Assembly (NCBI GenBank): GCA_965649765.1
Contig: OZ287757.1
Coordinates: 28,830,001 to 28,894,000 of the forward strand
Reading direction: 5' to 3'
Source of the DNA: Bispira polyomma
Lineage: Eukaryota
DNA length: 64,000 bases
Shown here: piece after piece, positions 15,201-26,613 of the stretch
How positions within the stretch are numbered: the stretch's first letter is position 1
How the letters are laid out: each line of letters begins with the position of its first letter
Notes under the pieces: generated by a model
The model's database searches: none
What the model was told of the DNA's origin: nothing
What the model saw: only the letters and a program-made list of their open reading frames with translations
Program-made: the position numbers and the translations under genes

Positions 15201-18200
15201 AAAACAGACGTTCATGCGGATTTTCACTGTTCACCTCTCTTGACAAGACCAAAAGACAATGACCAAAGAAGGTTAATTTTAAATTTATCACACCCACAGG
15301 GTTTTTCAGTAAATGATTGTACTTTGAAAAATAGTTATGACAAATTAGAATTTGAACTGAAGTTACCGACAATTGACCAGATAGTACAAGAGATACAGAC
15401 AATAGGGGAAGAAGCTATGTTAGCGAAAATCGATATTGCGCATGCGTTCCGTAATTTACGTGTAGATCCGGTTGACAGTCTAAAACTTGGATATAAATGG
15501 AACAATGAATACTTTATTGATTTAGCGTGGACTTTTGGCCTCACACACGGCACGTCGGTGTTTATGCGCGTATCGGGCGCAATAACGTACATAATGCGTC
15601 AACACAACTTTACAGTATTTAACTACATCGATGATTTTATATTGGTACAAGAAAAGGCTAAGGCGACCTTAGCATATGAATTTTTGATAGATTTATTAAA
15701 CCAACTAGGTCTACCAATTAATGAGTCAAAACTTGTATCACCCAGGAAAAGGGTGACATGTATGGGGATTATAATAGATATTGATAAAAAAACCTTGAGT
15801 ATAGATGATGAGAAATTAGAAAGCATTTATGAAATATGTGTATCCTTCAGTAATTAAAAAAAAGTTAGAAAAAATAAGTATCAATCACTGTTAGGAAAAT
15901 TATTATATTGTGGCGACCTTCAGTATAGTCTCAAGTTCAAAATATAAACAGCTGCATCTCAATGTTCAACTGATCTGACTTCGCGTTGTGTTCAAAGTTA
16001 TAGTGACCAGTCACTGACCACAACTAAGGTTCCCATAGTATAACAAGAACCTCTTACGATCACGCTTGGTATGAAATGGACACTTGGCTGTATTTCGGGA
16101 TACTTAATAAAAGATTAAAAGACTAATTATAGAGTTAAAATATATCTTCTTCTATTTAAAGACTCATTTTATAACTTCATTACATGTTTTTACAATTGAG
16201 CAGAGTTCTCATAACTCACCAGTTTTAATACACTATTGGATTATATTTAAGACACAAAGAAACATTAACTGAACCCATCAAACTAGCTAGTACTGGGATG
16301 CCATTCACCTAACTTAATGGTGGCCCCTAAAAGTGCCAGTGCACTGATGCAGGTTCCACCAAACCATAGTGTGAACTGACCTCCCAGTATCTTCTGTAAG
16401 TACAGGGCTAAGTATAATTAATATTTACCATATTTTACTGCGGCAAAAAGAGCTTCCAGTATATATTTCCTGGTATACTGTTTGTTTACCAGTTATACTA
16501 GAATACACTCTAGGCCACCCTCTCCTCCTGCAAAAACCCACTTGTTTATATACACAATTACGGTGCTTCCCAGTGAATCTCCGGATATTCTTATGACGAC
16601 CTTTCACCTGTTTACTAATATAACATTTACATTTAATATGAATTTGACTGTATACATTTGCTAGCTTATAATTATAACACACTAAATATGCAAGTTTAAA
16701 GACAAATTGACCCACAGTAGAAGTCTTACATTACATTAAACATTTTAAGATGACCTTAAATTATTGACCAACTTTGCTAAGTTATGTATATTATATACAA
16801 AAGCAGTGGGCGGAGAAACCACCGCAAACACGGACAGCAGTAAAAGAAGGGAATTGATATAGCCTTTCTGTGGCGGGTCGTTTCAATATATTCACAGATG
16901 TATAAAACCTTCAAGGATTTTTATGAATAGAATGTTGCAATTACTAAGAGATTCTACAAGTCAAAACACAATAACTTTAGATGAAAATTTCCAAAAAGAC
17001 TTGAGTTGGTTCAAAAAATTTGTAATGAAATTCAATGGAACAACGACTTATGAGAAACAAAGCCTAACGGGGGCTATACGATTAAACGTGGATGCTTGCT
17101 TAAATGGAATAGGAGGCATATCACAAATGGACGTATTTACAGTACCTTTGCCGGCATGGCTTACACAGGCCTATAGTATTGTGCATTTTGAAATGATAAG
17201 TATTATAATTGCTTTTAAATTATGGACCAAAAAATGCCAGAACAGAATGATAAAAATATAGTCGGATAATTCAGCAGTGGTATCTGTGGTTCGATCATCC
17301 AAAACAAGAGACCCATATTTGAGTACTTGTTTGAGAACATTATGGCTAATATGTGCAGAACACGATATTGAGATTTATATAGAACACATAGCAGGTAAAA
17401 AGAATGTAATAGCAGACACTTTGTCAAGATGGCATGACCTAGGGGCATATACAGTAGAAGTAAAAACGTTAATTTGTACTAAATTTAATATGTATGACGT
17501 ATCTATACAACTGTTTATACTTGACAATGATATTTAATTTATTGTAGATACGACAAACAGTACAAGACAACTCCCTAGTGCAGCAATGAAACGAATAAAG
17601 ACTTCTCATAGACCAAGAACAATAAGACAATATGACAGTCAAATGAGACTGTATCTAGCATTTACCATATACTTTAACTTGCAGAACACTTTCAGTTTAA
17701 GTACTCTTTTGGCTTTTTTGGAGTTTTTACAACAAAATGGTCTCTCTTACGAAGTAGTGAATAACTACATGTACTTGGCAGCAATCAGACATTTTGCTAA
17801 ACAGAATCATATAGAGGATAAGCAATTATATGATGCTAGGATAGCATCATATCAAAAGGCCATAATGATAAATTCCTCCTATAAACCAAGGCCAAAAGGG
17901 GTGTTTGACTTACACCAATTACATACGATATCAAGACAATGTCACTTATTGGAATTTCCAGAGCTCTACAGAACAGCATTTCTATTTGCCTTCTTTGGGT
18001 TTTTGAGAATATCTAATCTCACACCACCTACAAAAGATCAGTTTGACCAAACAAGACATATAACTAGATCAGACGTAATCTTTTCACCACCTGGAATACA
18101 TCTCGTATTAAAATGGTCAAAAACAAACCAAACAAGGACACATCAGGACATTATCCAGTTAACCCATGGTTATGTCCAGTAACCACAGCAAAGTCGTTAT

Positions 18201-21200
18201 TTCAAAAATATCCATTGCCTGGTAATGCTCCACTACTAGCAGACCCACAAACAGGGGGGAAATGCTTGACAGAGTCAAAACTGAGGGCAATTTTGAAAAA
18301 AAATATTACAACAGAACAATATTTCCACAAGCGGTCATTCATTTCACTGCTTCAGGAGGTCAGGGGCTTCCTTGGCCTTCAACAGTAATGTAAAACTACA
18401 AAACATCCAAAAACATGGATGTTGGGAAAATCTGATGCTGTTTGGTCTTATTTGCAATCTACATCCCATGCAGCTTCAATCATAGCAACTACTTTCGCTG
18501 CAATCATCCCCCCCCCCCTCTTTTTGATTTTGGCTTTGGCATTTTAAATTTTTTAAATCAAAAGATTTGTTATACAGATGTAAATATTTCCAAATCTGGA
18601 ATTTGTAAATAAAACTATCCCAAACAGCATCAGACTTTCAAACTCTAACATATATAAAACTGAAACTTCTGAAACTTATAACTTGAGCTTATAATAGTTT
18701 TGAGACTGTGATAGTCACTGCACACGATAGTGGCATGGCACCTCAGTCGCCAAACTATAGGGGTTTACTGTAAGACCCTAACAACAAATAATTTACTAGT
18801 AGTCGTTAGGGTCAAATTCGCTGGGGGCAGAAGGTAGCGCCTAATATGTCATTATTAAACTAGGTGTCAAAGTGAAGACAAGAAAAAAAATCTGTTTCCG
18901 CACCCTCCCTCCCATTATTTTAAAAGTACACGGATGTTGAGTGTCCAGTTTCGATGGATGATGGGTCCGTTCACAGACCCGTGTAACTAACGGCTGGTCT
19001 GCTCCTCCATATACTTTCCCCTAGCGTGGCTGCTAGGGAATTCGGAGCTCTGCGGGGGTAGACCAGCCATTGCTAGGCCAGTTGGTGTCACAGGCTCTGT
19101 GCAACGCACTTACAGCATCGAGGCTTGATACTCAACATCCGGAAGTAAATATATGTTAACATTTTATAATTAAAGTTCTTAACAAAAGTATTTAACAAAT
19201 GTAGAAGTATAGTAAATACAGTTTTAGCTTCTAGTGGCATTTGTTTTCTAGGAGTTAGTCATAAGTCATTGTTAATTAAACAAGTCAAACTTTATATTAT
19301 TTTTAATAAGTATGTGGTCATTCTAAAATATCTATTACATACAAAGTTACACATTAAAATTAATTCTCGTTTCTTTTTTCAAATATGAATGTAACATTAG
19401 CATTGACGGTTTTTAAAACATTCACTTCCTGACTGTTCTGAAGCCACAGTGATATTTTTTATTTATGTAACAGGATGTGCCAGCCCCAAAACCTGATACA
19501 GATACAGACAGTGCAGAAACAACACCAACAAAATCATTAGTACCACAGACATTAAATGAAGAGTTGAGGGATTTAAGAAAAACGGTATGCAAAAGTATTT
19601 AACAAATGTAGTAGAATAGTAAATACAGTTTTAGTTTTTAGTGGCATCTGTTTTGTAGGAGTTAGTCATAAGTCATATCACCTTGCATAGCCATAAGTGC
19701 CTGATGCTTACCATAATTCATGGCGGGCCATGTCAAACTTATATTGCCCTATAGAATTGTGTTATTTTACTATTACATATACTAACGCATGTTCATATAT
19801 AGATATTTTGATTTTTGTACTATAGCAACTATTGGACATTTGCATATTCCTTTTCTGTGTGGTTTCCGTGCCCTAGCGTATGAGTTCTAAAATGAGTTAA
19901 TCTAAATTGCGGTCTCTGTGGCCTAGTGGTTAGAGTCCCGGTTTTTTTCGGATCTGAGTGATCTGAGAGCCCTGGTTTGATTCTCACTGCAGGCCTGAAG
20001 ATTGTACTCTGGGAAAAGGCGCTTTACACAAAGTTGTTCCTCTCTACCCAGGTGTATAAATGGGTACTTGGCCGCTTATGGGTGTTAGTCTTTGTATGCC
20101 GAAAGGTGGCACAGTGGCTAGTATGCTTCTTAAGGGAGCTAAGACTGAACAATTGGTTGACAAGTGGGAGAACCCAGGCTGGGGTGTAAACTGTAAAGTC
20201 GGCTAAGACCTCAATAGGGGTGATATCGGACTATAATCCTACACCCACACATAAATGAGTAAAATGTGGCATACAGAAAATAAGTACAACTACTGCTATA
20301 GTATATGTTTAGATCAGATATAAACCCTCTCTCTTGAGAACTTAATTGTATTGTATTTTGGATTGTTAATGCACCATATTGATGTGAGGTATCTTCTGAA
20401 GGGCCACAACATAAATAATTAACTAATGGAGAAGTCCAAAAACTGTAGCCTAGGTTATGTAAGGAAGGATGTTGGGGTGTACAGGGATAGGGTTTAAATG
20501 GGATAAACAAGTTTGAAGAGATGGGTTTTAAGTTTTTTCTGATCCCACAAATTAGTTTCTAGTGATCTAACCTCCACATGGAGACTATTCCATAACATAG
20601 GGGCAGAGAAAATATACCAGACTAAGCACTAAATCCAGCAGTGCTGGCAGGTTTTACTAAGGAAGCAAAAAAAAAAATTTTCTTTTTAATGGAAGGAGAA
20701 AATACATACATAAAATTCAAAATCTCTACACAATGTTCTCATAACAACACCCTACTCCCACCAGCCCGGGCGAAAAACTGATGTCATGAACATGTAAATT
20801 ATAACTTTGTCTGTGATAAGTACATTATGATGTTGTTGTGATAGGTACCAGTAACATAAGCTAAAGATGGAAATTTTTTTGTCAAGAAAGATGCTTATAT
20901 TTGCTAATATGAAGTCTACCTACCAGGTTTGATCCTTGCTGCTGGCCTGGAGATTGTGCCCTTGGACAAGGTACTTTACACAAAGTTGTTCCAAAGGTGT
21001 TGAGTACCTGGCCGCTAATGGGTGTTAGTCTTTGTGCGTCGTTTGTGGCAGCATGGCTAGTATGCTTCCTGAGGAAGCTGAGAGTAAACAATTGGTTGAC
21101 AAGTGTAAGATCCGAGGCTGGGTGTGTTCAATGTAAAGTCAGATGAGACCTCACTAGGGGCGATATCAGACTATCAACCAACACATTTACATTGACATAT

Positions 21201-24200
21201 GTCTTGTGTTTTTGTACTAGAGTGCAACCGATGAAGAATTTGACTTGAAGCTTGAAAATTTATGTTTGATTAAAAGGAAAAGAGAACTGATGATTAGATG
21301 CCAACGTTTAGAGAGTAAGTAGAAATACTGTACAGCTGGAAAGTTTAGCTGGCATAATATTTCATTAATTTACAATTTTGTTTAGAAATTTCACTATTTT
21401 CAGTATTGATCCTTTGTTATGCATGTTTAACTTGTCACTGGGAATTTAATTTCACTATTCAAGCTTATTTATAATTTATAAACAACTAGCTGAAAGTTAT
21501 TTCTTGGCACAAAAGCAAAAACATGTCAAATTACAGTGTTCTTAGCAAGATATCATCTTCTGATTAGTTTTATTTAACATAAGAAATGCTTGTGTAATAC
21601 TGTTAGTAAATATATTGGACTAATTAATTGTAACTGCTTGGGGTTAGTGGTGACTGTGTATATTTTATATGCTGTTCAGATATGCTTAGATTTATTACTT
21701 TTAAAGTAGAACATATTATTGAATTCATAAGTCTGCCATTGTGTATGTAAACATATACATGTATAACAAAAAGTGTTTTGGGAAAATACCTAGAAAAGGA
21801 GATGTGTATCCAGTAATCATGAATTAAATTTACTAATCTCTGTGCCATTGGGGGCAACTGCAGTGTCAAAAGGACACATTACTAATTTTATTATTTTTCT
21901 TCCATGATTTGATGCAGATTTCAACAGGTCATTGATGGCCGAAAATATGTCACTTCAGGAAGAGATACCCGAGATGAAAGACGAAGTATCTCAATTAAGG
22001 AAAAAAGTGCAGCAGTTGAAAACTAAAGTAAGCCATTTGATCTGATGTATAAATTTTTTTAATATGTATATAAACTATTATTTTATTTAATGAATTATGG
22101 TGCTGATAAAGTGGTCTCCAATAATTACCTACAAACAATACTCTTATTATTATGGTTAAAGTAAATATGATATACATATATGATAAGAATTTTGTCCAAA
22201 TCATATTATTAAAAAGAGAAAAGAAGGAAGCTGCTAGCTACATATATTTGGTTTTAAATTTGCTATACAATACAACATATGATTACAGAATGACGGCCCT
22301 TAAGCCATATTGGGCTGAACATGTGTGCATATATCCCAGTATGGCCCTCACAAACAGCTTATATTCTGTTTATTATACCGAAGCATTTTTCAGAAATGTC
22401 AGAGGGCCATAGCAAATATTCAAAGGGCCATATCAGATTTTATGTTATGTCACATGATCTTATTTTAACCAATAGGATTGCTGGATTTGCCGACGAGGTA
22501 TAATAACTATAATTAACATCAACCTCTCATTTAGTGTCAAACATGGGTTAGTTTAGTCACACAGTTGCTTCACAAATTCAATATCCTAGACTCTTACAGG
22601 TATTCATTAACCTTGGATTGTATCTGAGATCTATTATAAGCTTCTTAAAGTCACATAAGTGAAAATGTATAAACATATCTTGCATCTAATATTATTTTTT
22701 AAAAAATGTGATAGAACTTTATCATAATAATTAAGTAGAAATTACTGAATAAAATAGGGCACATAGGGATTGCTTTGTCCATCATCGGTGTCATTGTCTG
22801 TCGTCGTCACAATTTTGTTTCCGGACTCTAACTCCAAAACTGCTTGATCGATTTCATTCATATTTGGTACACAGATGTATATGGACCTGAGGACAAACCC
22901 TAAGGAACCCCATAAGGAGGAACCTTATTGTATGGTGACCTTAAACTCCTGAAAGTTAAAAATTTTATGACGACTTTAAGGTTACAGCATGTTCAGTCAT
23001 TCCGGACTCTAACTCCAAAACCGCTGCATAGATTTCATTTATATTTGGTATACAGATGTATATGGACCTGAGGAGGAACCCTATTGTATGGTGACCTTAA
23101 ACTCCTAAGAGTTAAAATTTTATGACAACTTTAAGGTTACAGCATGTTCAGTCATTCTAGACGCTAACTCCAAAACTGCTTGATGGATTTCATTCATATT
23201 TGGTACACAGATGTATATGGACCTGATGACGAACCCTATTGTATGGTGGCCTTAAACTCCTAAGAGTAAAAGTTATTATAATGAGTTTAAAGTTACGAAA
23301 TGTATGATTACTTTGACACTGTAACACAAAACCTTCCTATACACTTTTAAGTTAATATTTGAGGTTAAGAGCAATTTCTGTACGGTAGACTAACCTAACC
23401 TCACAAAAACAGATTATTTTTTCGTGAAGAACGTTTTTCGAGTCTCGTAAATTTTGAAATGCTTTGAACTAAAATATGTAGTGTATACTAGTCCCACCTG
23501 GCGAAAATCTGTTCAATTTCGTTAAATTAAAAGTGATGGTACCACTGGATGCTTGTTTTATACTTCTCTGCGTTCATACAAATTTTTTCTCTCCAACTTA
23601 CCTACGAGCAGGGGACACAGTAATGTTCATCTGATTTCTTGTTTAATTCCATAGCCATAGCCATGTTAAAAATATGAATTACTGCACACTGTGACAGTGT
23701 CTTACATTAAGTTGATAAAAAATACAAGTGAAAATAAATTGATTCTCTGTGCTCTGACAATGCACTAATATAATTGAAAGAAACATGCTAAATCTTCAAC
23801 AACTTTATCATAATCCTTAATGTACAAGTATGTATATATATATAATAATAATCTATGTTTAACACATTTGTAGACTAAAATGTTGTATGTTTGGCATATG
23901 CCCTTGTACTTTACAGAAGGAGCTACCGCAGTACAGAAATGATCCTTGCACTTCCTATTTGCAACCCATGTATCACATGGTGCCAGGACAAAGTGCTAGT
24001 GAACCTCTGCAGGCTCTTATATATGTAGGTCATGGTATGAGGACAGTAGAACCTCTCTTATACAAGCTTCCCCTTATCTGAAATTTTTCTTATTTCATAG
24101 ACTCATTACCACATATATACACAAAAAAATTTATAATTCTGACAAAATATATCTTTACACTAAAATGTGTCTTCTATTTTGCATGAGCTGTTCTAATAAG

Positions 24201-24978
24201 AGATTTTGTACAGTACATATTCCTGTAGTGTATTGAAACTACACTCAACCCCCTTTAAGTAGAACTCTGATAAGTGGAATTACCTGTTAAGTAGGAGTTA
24301 TTTTAAAGTCCCATTGCTAATTAAAATTTACCCTGTTAAACAGAATTTCAAATTTTTGTGGTCTCTTCATATTCCATTCAACAGGGTTCCAATGTATGTA
24401 CTAATACAGAAATAGGAAATGTACTCTCAAATTTGTTGCCCTTTCCTGGGGAGCTAGAGCGTAATATTATAAAATCTCCCTCCATTTCTAAAACTTATAT
24501 ATCATAAAAATCGAGAATTGAAAACGACCAAGGAATAGAGTGTCTTGAAACCTTTTAATATTTAGGAATATTTTTTTACTGTTAGTAAGTTTTTTTTTTA
24601 CTAATTAAGCCCCTAGAGATGAATTCATCGTAGTCACCATTTCATCTTCTAAAGAAAAGATTAATTTTCATAAGCTTGTCCTGTATCTTAAATATGTTCA
24701 TGCTTCTTAAATCTTAGCAAAAGTAAAATATCTTCTTTGGCAATTTGAGGACAAATAGCTTGATGTTAAATAAATTTGTATCTAAAAATAAAAACCAAAA
24801 ATTGGTTAAGAAAATGCTAAAAAATGGCACGATTATGTCTACCTGTATGTTTTCCATGTTAAATTTTCAGCAAATGCAAGCTCTGCAGAATCAGGTGATA
24901 GATCTACAACATCAGACAGAGGAACAGAAACAAATGATGTCTTCATTCCAAGGAATAAGTATACAAGGTTCCCTATGA
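188..24978 (+). CDS. Multi-exon protein-coding gene, 5' end outside the window; unidentified protein with a helical N-terminal part, a low-complexity Ser/Glu/Lys/Pro-rich middle and a C-terminal coiled coil
   Basis: AG/GT-bounded exons join in phase into one 2001-nt open frame: 188-326, 1435-1492, 1903-1984, 2388-2489, 4420-4707, 5294-5389, 7135-7251, 8460-8561, 9350-9451, 10248-10349, 11034-11210, 11802-11906, 19474-19584, 21221-21314, 21918-22027, 23917-24024 (least certain), 24871-24978 (TGA). AATAAA at ~25065. Confidence 0.8.
865..1290 (+). mobile_element. tRNA-headed SINE-like repeat (family B), decayed
   Basis: TGGCCTTATGGT...GGTTCGA A/B-box-like head and a core GGATAACATCCTTGGGC. Related sequence at ~57380-57650 (+) and ~60040-60270 (-). 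Confidence 0.55.
4690..5085 (+). repeat. ~45-bp minisatellite built from the exon end plus 5' splice site
   Basis: About 8 degenerate copies of ACCTGACAATACAAAACAA-GTAAGCATTAGGCAGTCATAGTTTTAAT; the first copy overlaps the donor at 4707/4708. Confidence 0.85.
6201..7058. mobile_element. Non-autonomous DNA transposon (MITE-like)
   Basis: Terminal inverted repeats AATTCTAGAAATCAC / GTGAATTTCTAGAATT enclose a CpG-richer interior that contrasts with the flanks. Confidence 0.6.
8261..10863 (+). repeat. Tandem triplication (~890-898 bp unit, ~2.9 copies), each with a 102-nt phase-0 exon
   Basis: Near-identical units start at ~8261, ~9159 and ~10049; the exon encodes EPTVPETQPTKSEEKNDSEAITPERAAP(L/P)TSGEP with CCACAG acceptor and GTACGT donor. 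Confidence 0.95.
12081..12235. mobile_element. Small foldback/MITE with ~41-bp TIRs around a (TA)n tract
   Basis: TTTCATTTGCATCTTGTGCAAAATGTGTACAATAAGCCGGT (12081-12121) is the near-perfect reverse complement of 12194-12235. Confidence 0.75.
12300..12387 (+). repeat. Split direct repeat A1 of the YR retrotransposon
   Basis: Identical to 18810-18897 except one base. Confidence 0.9.
12524..13679 (+). pseudogene. gag-like ORF of the YR retrotransposon (frameshifted)
   Basis: Fragments 12594-12791, 12866-13114 and 13050-13679; C-terminal Cys/His cluster CRHYQKSSCHQEGDH...HICANC...HPKTKC typical of DIRS/Ngaro Gag. Confidence 0.75.
13710..17537 (+). pseudogene. Reverse transcriptase-RNase H ORF of the YR retrotransposon, interrupted by stops and a nested insertion
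   Basis: RT motifs RLILNLS, AKIDIAHAFRNL, TFGL, NYIDDF. The frame continues past TAA 15855 (KKVRKNKYQSLLGKLLY | insertion | IHRCIKPSRIFMNRML). RNase H motifs VDAC, DNSAVV, HIAGKKNVIADTLSR. Confidence 0.92.
15909..16885. mobile_element. Solo LTR (977 bp) nested in the RT/RNase H ORF
   Basis: TG...CA ends with short imperfect inverted termini (TGTGGCGACC / GGTCGTTTCA); 4-bp TSD ATAT at 15905-15908 and 16886-16889; removing it restores the LLY-IHRC reading frame. Confidence 0.8.
17548..18520 (+). pseudogene. Tyrosine recombinase ORF (frameshifted)
   Basis: AFFGFLRISNL (catalytic Arg), WSKTNQ, CPV; after frameshifts HCFRRSGASLAF, KHGCW, SDAVWSYL (H-x-x-R, H/W, Tyr). Confidence 0.9.
18810..18897 (+). 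repeat. Split direct repeat A2 of the YR retrotransposon
   Basis: Copy of 12300-12387, followed by CCGCACCCTCCCTCCC. Confidence 0.9.
18931..19141 (+). ncRNA. Predicted multibranch structured RNA at the 3' end of the YR element
   Basis: Closing stem CGGATGTTGAGTGTC/GATACTCAACATCCG plus AGTTTCGATG/CATCGAGGCT; internal stems ATGGGTC/GACCCGT, GGCTGGTCTGCTCCT/GGGGGTAGACCAGCC, TTCCCCTAGC/GCTAGGGAA, CACAG/CTGTG; many G-U pairs specific to the + strand. Confidence 0.65.
19910..20250 (+). mobile_element. tRNA-derived SINE (family A) with conserved central domain and LINE-like tail
   Basis: TGGCCTAGTGGTTAGAG A box, GGTTTGATTC B box, CTCTACCCAGGTGTATAAATGGGTAC core, TGTAAAGTCGGC...GGACTATAA tail. Other copies at ~20925-21195, ~39023-39350, ~45830-46155 (-) and ~60590-60760. 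Confidence 0.75.
22780..23330 (+). repeat. ~158-bp tandem repeat (3 copies) after a (GTC)n seed; Helentron/HINE-like non-autonomous element
   Basis: Units CCGGACTCTAACTCCAAAACTGCTTGA...TTTGGTACACAGATGTATATGGACCTGA start at ~22821, ~23002 and ~23158. Confidence 0.6.
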
Positions 24979-25107
24979 TGTAAATGGTAAAGACTGACAA
25001 ACATGTGGGAGAAAACTGTGAATTGAGAAACATCATTCTTATACCAAAAAGGAAAAATATACACAATAAATATTGTAATATTAATTAGAAATAGCAGTTT
25101 TATTCAA

Positions 25108-25355
25108 AACTAGAAAGGCACTTAATAGATTGCATACCTCCGCTGAGGTGATACAGTGCCAACAAGTGAAAACAATTCTTGGCTCTATCAGTCTACCTGG
25201 ATCCGATCTAACAAATAATGGATTCTTTATAGGCCAATAAATCCTGGATCTACCCTTCTACCTTGATCCACTTTAATAAAATTTACTGGCTTCTTCCTAG
25301 GCCAAAAATTCTTGGATCCGCACTTCTACCTGGATCTGTTCTAACATTTAATGCG
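25108..25355 (+). mobile_element. Helentron-associated (HINE-like) repeat fragment with GGATC-containing tandem units
   Basis: Head AACTAGAAAGGCACTT...GCATACCTCCGC followed by three ~65-bp units containing CTACCTGGATC; family assignment is from recalled similarity only. Confidence 0.45.
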
Positions 25356-25427
25356 AAGCTTCCAAGAGTGGTAATATTCCACATATACCTGGTTTGGACT
25401 GGTGGGTTATTACAATTCTAACATGAC

Positions 25428-25443
25428 AATTTAAAATGTTTAT
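25428..25443 (+). repeat. Target-site duplication, copy 1 (AATTTAAAATGTTTAT)
   Basis: Exact reverse complement of 40753-40768; each copy directly abuts the 3' end of a PLE. Confidence 0.85.
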
Positions 25444-25491
25444 AGAGATAAAGTGTTATGTGTGAGAGAGGATTTGTTTCTCCAACAAAAT

Positions 25492-25557
25492 GCCTTATAT
25501 ATATCTTTTATTGTTGATATATATTTCGATAATCTTATGGATAATCTCATCAGAGGC
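25492..25557 (-). ncRNA. Type I hammerhead ribozyme (PLE copy 1)
   Basis: Minus strand: GCCT-CTGATGA-GATTATC(CATAA)GATTATC-GAAA-TATATATC(AACAATAAAA)GATATATA-TA-AGGC; intact core, AUA cleavage triplet. Confidence 0.88.
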
Positions 25558-26316
25558 TGATAAATGATTATAATTTTTCCTTGAAGTACTATAATTGACT
25601 CCGGTTGCCTCCAGCGGATCCAAGGCTTCCTCCGTTTGAGCCATGGGATCCTCCTTTGAGGTAATGTATTTAGAGGAGTCAGACCATTTTTTGACCATTT
25701 GGGATTAATAAGTAGAGTATTATGGTGTATATTCTATCAAAAATAAGCCCATGGGAATTGGTCTAATGAACATAATGAAGCAAAGGTGACAATGCGTTCA
25801 GGTTGTATATATGTTCACTGGTGGGGAGATTTATGGTTTCCCTGGTATGAATATTTATGGGGATTTCATACCGATAAATAGTATTAGGATTAAAATTTTT
25901 TGTGTTAATCAATGGGTGACATTGGTTTATGATCACCAAGAGGCCATGTTAGGTCTCAGAAGATTAGTTAGTGGGGTTTTTTATATGGAAGTAATAGATG
26001 TGAAATCGAATTTTTAATAAGATTCCAGCATCGATTACTATCTCATTCTCTGAAATTGGTATTTTCTAAATACCACAAGGAGGATTACTATTTGTGTAAT
26101 GCCAGGTGTTGATTATAAATTCTTATGATTTTATTACATCATTCAATATATATAATCATTTTGTATATAAGTGTATTAGACAAATATAAATATATATATG
26201 AATAAATACCCATAAATAACCTTAACTTTAATATTTTATGAATATTTTGCTAACTTATTAAATATTGTCCATTTAATATAAACAGTTTTTATCCGTTGAG
26301 TGATAAACTTAATTAA

Positions 26317-26613
26317 TATAGTTCCATATTAAGTTCATAGTGGTGGGGTTATGTCCCCACACACAGTTTCTAGATATTCCATGAGCTCAAAGCTGCATTT
26401 GGGTTGTACTATATTGCCCCATCTCTGTGGTGAGGGAGTGGCTAAGCGCATGGAAATTGCCGGATATAGTTCCATATTAAGTTCATAGTGGTGGGGTTAT
26501 GTCCCCACACACAGTTTCTAGATATTCCATGAGCTCAAAGCTGCATTTGGGTTGTACTATATTGCCCCATCTCTGTGGTGAGGGAGTGGCTAAGTGCATG
26601 GAAATTGCCGGAG
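26317..26613. repeat. ~146-bp tandem duplication of the 3' end of the zinc-finger ORF
   Basis: ATATAGTTCCATATTAAGTTCATAGTGG...GGAAATTGCCGGA occurs at ~26317-26464 and again at ~26464-26613. Confidence 0.9.

Larger units (their letters stand above)
12300..19142 (+). mobile_element. Tyrosine-recombinase (DIRS-order, Ngaro-like) retrotransposon, decayed, in a host intron in sense orientation
   Basis: gag-like, RT/RNase H and YR ORFs on one strand; no methyltransferase seen after RNase H; 88-bp split direct repeat at 12300-12387 and 18810-18897; inserted next to a (TA)n tract. 3' boundary uncertain. Confidence 0.9.

Noticed and set aside
19910-20000. tRNA gene
   Set aside because: A/B boxes run into a SINE core and tail present in several copies; no intact cloverleaf.
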